A DNA stretch of 64,000 nt from Euryarchaeota archaeon UBA256 (GTDB lineage: Archaea > Thermoplasmatota > Poseidoniia > Poseidoniales > Poseidoniaceae): assembly GCA_002494645.1 (NCBI GenBank), contig DACE01000033.1:79024-143023 (forward strand). The letters run 5' to 3'. Shown here piece by piece: positions 61,905 to 64,000 of this stretch. Positions within the stretch are counted from its first letter, which is position 1. Every line of letters starts with the position of its first letter. The notes beneath the pieces were generated by a model. It was not told the DNA's origin and did not search any database. It saw only the letters and a list, made by a program, of their open reading frames with translations. A program made the translations under genes and the position numbers.

Positions 61905-63032
61905 TCACTTTGGTTGCTCATCGACACCAATCGCAGATTCAAGAGATGTGAATCCTTCTGCATTCAAGGAATAATTAAGGCCATGGACAATTGATTTTAC
62001 CAGAGACGGGCCTTCGAAAACAAAGCCACTGTAGGCTTGAACCAGAGTAGCACCGGCTTTAATTTTTTCAAGTGCATCTTGCGCCGAGGAGATTCCACCG
62101 ACTCCAATAATTGGCCAATCGTCCCCGACATGTTGCCTCACTAGGCGGATCATTTCAGTTGACCGTTGCTTGAGTGGCTGCCCGCTCAACCCTCCGGTCT
62201 GGGAGAATACTTGGGCGTCATTCCGATTGGTTGTGTCCGGGCGTTCAATCGTCGTGTTAGAGAGAACGATGCCGTTGGCATTGTTATTCTTTGCAGTCAT
62301 CGCGATGTGAACGAGTTGTTCATCAGTCAAGTCGGGGGCCACCTTAACCAGCATTGGTTTAGGTTGAATCCCGCTTTCTTTGGCTAAACGCAGGTTGATT
62401 TCATGGCATGCAGCAAGAATTCGAAGGAGCCCATCATCGTTCTGCAAATCTCTGAGATTCGGAGTATTGGGAGATGATACGTTAACCACAAAGACATCGG
62501 TAAAAGACCAAAGAGCCTGTACCGTGGCAGCATAATCTTCATGCGCTGTTTCCAATGGAGTAATCTTGGATTTGCCGACATTAACCCATAGTGGTACATT
62601 TGGTCGACCAAAACGTTGGAAGTGTGATTCAAGGTGATGGCGTATATTTTGGGAACCTTCGTTGTTGAAACCCATTCTGTTGACAAGCGCTTGGGCTTGA
62701 TTCGCACGAAACATCCTTGGCTTTGGATTCCCTTCTTGTTCGTGTTGTGTGACGCCACCAATTTCGATAAAACCCAAACCAATGCGTTCCCATCCTCGCA
62801 ATGCAAGGGCGTTTTTATCCATACCAGCAGCAAGTCCAAACGGATTGTTGTAGGTCTGTCCAAATACGGTGATTGGGACTGAGTGTCGTGGACGGTAAAG
62901 CATCTTCAGGAGGGTTCCTCCGAGAGGTAAAGCTGTCGTAAGCCGTAGTAAGAGAAGGCTACGGTGGTGGGCTTTTTCGGAGTCCTGAAAGCGGAAGAAT
63001 GGACGAATCAACCAACGATACAATACGCCCAT
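61905..63032 (-). CDS. pyrD: dihydroorotate dehydrogenase (quinone), class 2
   Basis: N-terminal amphipathic MGVLYRWLIRPFF, plus GFIEIGGVT, NRMGFNNEG, NVSSPNTPNLRDLQ and GGLSG. Confidence 0.9.
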   Translation of the reverse strand: MGVLYRWLIRPFFRFQDSEKAHHRSLLLLRLTTALPLGGTLLKMLYRPRHSVPITVFGQTYNNPFGLAAGMDKNALALRGWERIGLGFIEIGGVTQHEQEGNPKPRMFRANQAQALVNRMGFNNEGSQNIRHHLESHFQRFGRPNVPLWVNVGKSKITPLETAHEDYAATVQALWSFTDVFVVNVSSPNTPNLRDLQNDDGLLRILAACHEINLRLAKESGIQPKPMLVKVAPDLTDEQLVHIAMTAKNNNANGIVLSNTTIERPDTTNRNDAQVFSQTGGLSGQPLKQRSTEMIRLVRQHVGDDWPIIGVGGISSAQDALEKIKAGATLVQAYSGFVFEGPSLVKSIVHGLNYSLNAEGFTSLESAIGVDEQPK

Positions 63033-63086
63033 GCGGCTCTGTCATGAACGCCAGCCTTCAAATCTTGTCATCACATCGGCCAAGAC

Positions 63087-63509
63087 ATGCGCATCACTGA
63101 CCCAAAATGGCCGGCCGTGCGTGAATTCTCAAGGCGCATCCTGAGAGAGGAAACCATTCAGTTGACAACACCTCCCGAGTTCGAGATGGACCTCATCAAT
63201 CTCGTCAGAATGATGAGTGATAAACTCCCCGCTCGATTGGATTTTCCGAAGTTTGATTTCCATCAGGATAATACCATCACGGTGCGTCAACAAAATGACG
63301 ATGACTGGAATCCCATCATGCATGTTGGTATAGAAGAGCCGGACGCTGAGGTGCTTTGGATACCGACCGGAGCATCGGAAGCATGGTCAACAATTCGCTC
63401 AACGCTCGCTGAGCTGTTAGAAGCAGGATATCCTGGTTGCCTCGGGTGCGGTGGCCCCGCATCTGAGGAGCCATGGGATGAAGACAAAAGTCGCCAACAA
63501 TTTGACTGA
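63087..63509 (+). CDS. hypothetical acidic protein
   Basis: 140 aa with CLGCGG near the C-terminus. No family recognised. An 8-bp hairpin (CTTCTCAT/ATGAGAGG) follows the stop. Confidence 0.5.
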   Translation: MRITDPKWPAVREFSRRILREETIQLTTPPEFEMDLINLVRMMSDKLPARLDFPKFDFHQDNTITVRQQNDDDWNPIMHVGIEEPDAEVLWIPTGASEAWSTIRSTLAELLEAGYPGCLGCGGPASEEPWDEDKSRQQFD

Positions 63510-63615
63510 ATTAGGGCCTTCTCATTAACATGAGAGGTTCAATTTGTCCGAACGAACGCATTCATTGGAGAATCAAAGGAGGGTTCAAGTAGAGTCGTCG
63601 GCGGCCCTTACTCAC

Positions 63616-64000
63616 ATGTCTATCGTCATCATCGCAGAGAAACCGAGTGTTGCCGAAGACCTTGCCAAGGTCCTTGGTGTATCAACTAAGAAGGACACAC
63701 ATTGGTTCAGCGAGGACATTATTATCACGTGGGCCATCGGTCATTTGCTTGAACTCAAATACATGGACGATTACGACGAGGAGTTCAAAAATTGGCGGAA
63801 CACCATTGACCGTCTTCCATATATTCCCGATTCATTCCAATACAAGGCTAAGGGTGGCAGAGCCAAAAAACAATTGTCGGCAATTATGAAATTGGTCAAG
63901 GACAAGACCACGACAGAAATTGTCAACGCGTGTGACGCGGCTCGAGAAGGTGAACTCATTTTCAGGACCATCGTCGAACACTCGAAGGTAAAGACGCCAA
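63616..64000 (+). CDS. type IA DNA topoisomerase (Topo III-like), 5' part; runs off the window
   Basis: TOPRIM N-terminus IIAEKPSVAEDLAKVL, GHLLEL, and acidic cluster ACDAAREGELIF. Frame 1 stays open to nt 64000, which explains its absence from the ORF track. Confidence 0.85.
   Translation, partial: MSIVIIAEKPSVAEDLAKVLGVSTKKDTHWFSEDIIITWAIGHLLELKYMDDYDEEFKNWRNTIDRLPYIPDSFQYKAKGGRAKKQLSAIMKLVKDKTTTEIVNACDAAREGELIFRTIVEHSKVKTP

Noticed and set aside
1-64000. Search for CRISPR arrays, rRNA genes, IS elements, integrases or prophage-like blocks
   Set aside because: I saw no regularly spaced direct repeats, no transposase/integrase/recombinase-like ORF, and no rRNA-like non-coding stretch. The only sizeable non-coding RNA region is the SRP RNA.

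Overview
Densely coded (~95%) archaeal chromosomal core region. I saw no CRISPR array, rRNA, transposase or integrase. The informational genes are clearly archaeal: PAN, aMBF1, Kae1, Tsr3, an S19e/PDCD5-like/L39e/L31e/S17e operon, a two-unit EndA, archease, SRP RNA and tRNA-Val(GAC). The metabolism looks like an aerobic amino-acid heterotroph: HutH/HutU/HutI plus formiminotransferase and cyclodeaminase, methylmalonyl-CoA mutase and epimerase, PntAB, MDH, class-2 PyrD, and S15 and M6 peptidases. There are also very large glycoprotein-like surface proteins. By inference this fits a planktonic euryarchaeote of the Thermoplasmatota / Marine Group II type; I cannot verify that here. Many starts in the ORF track are TTG/GTG extensions, so I re-set several to ATG or to starts with a GGTGA/GGAGG Shine-Dalgarno. 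Two sub-60-codon ORFs missing from the track are proposed: an RHH protein and a two-helix membrane peptide. Most interesting loci: (1) a divergent DUF835-like gene and a membrane protein with two zinc ribbons and four EF-hands, with an SD-sequestering hairpin between them; (2) a TatC-like protein with a ~200-aa soluble extension, flanked by secreted proteins; (3) a preQ0 operon (RHH-folE-queE-queC-queD) where QueC is fused to MsrB and lacks its zinc cysteines, preceded by a perfect tandem 11-mer; (4) an orphan CxxxY-type CcmE. All functional calls come from reading motifs by eye. No database search was possible.
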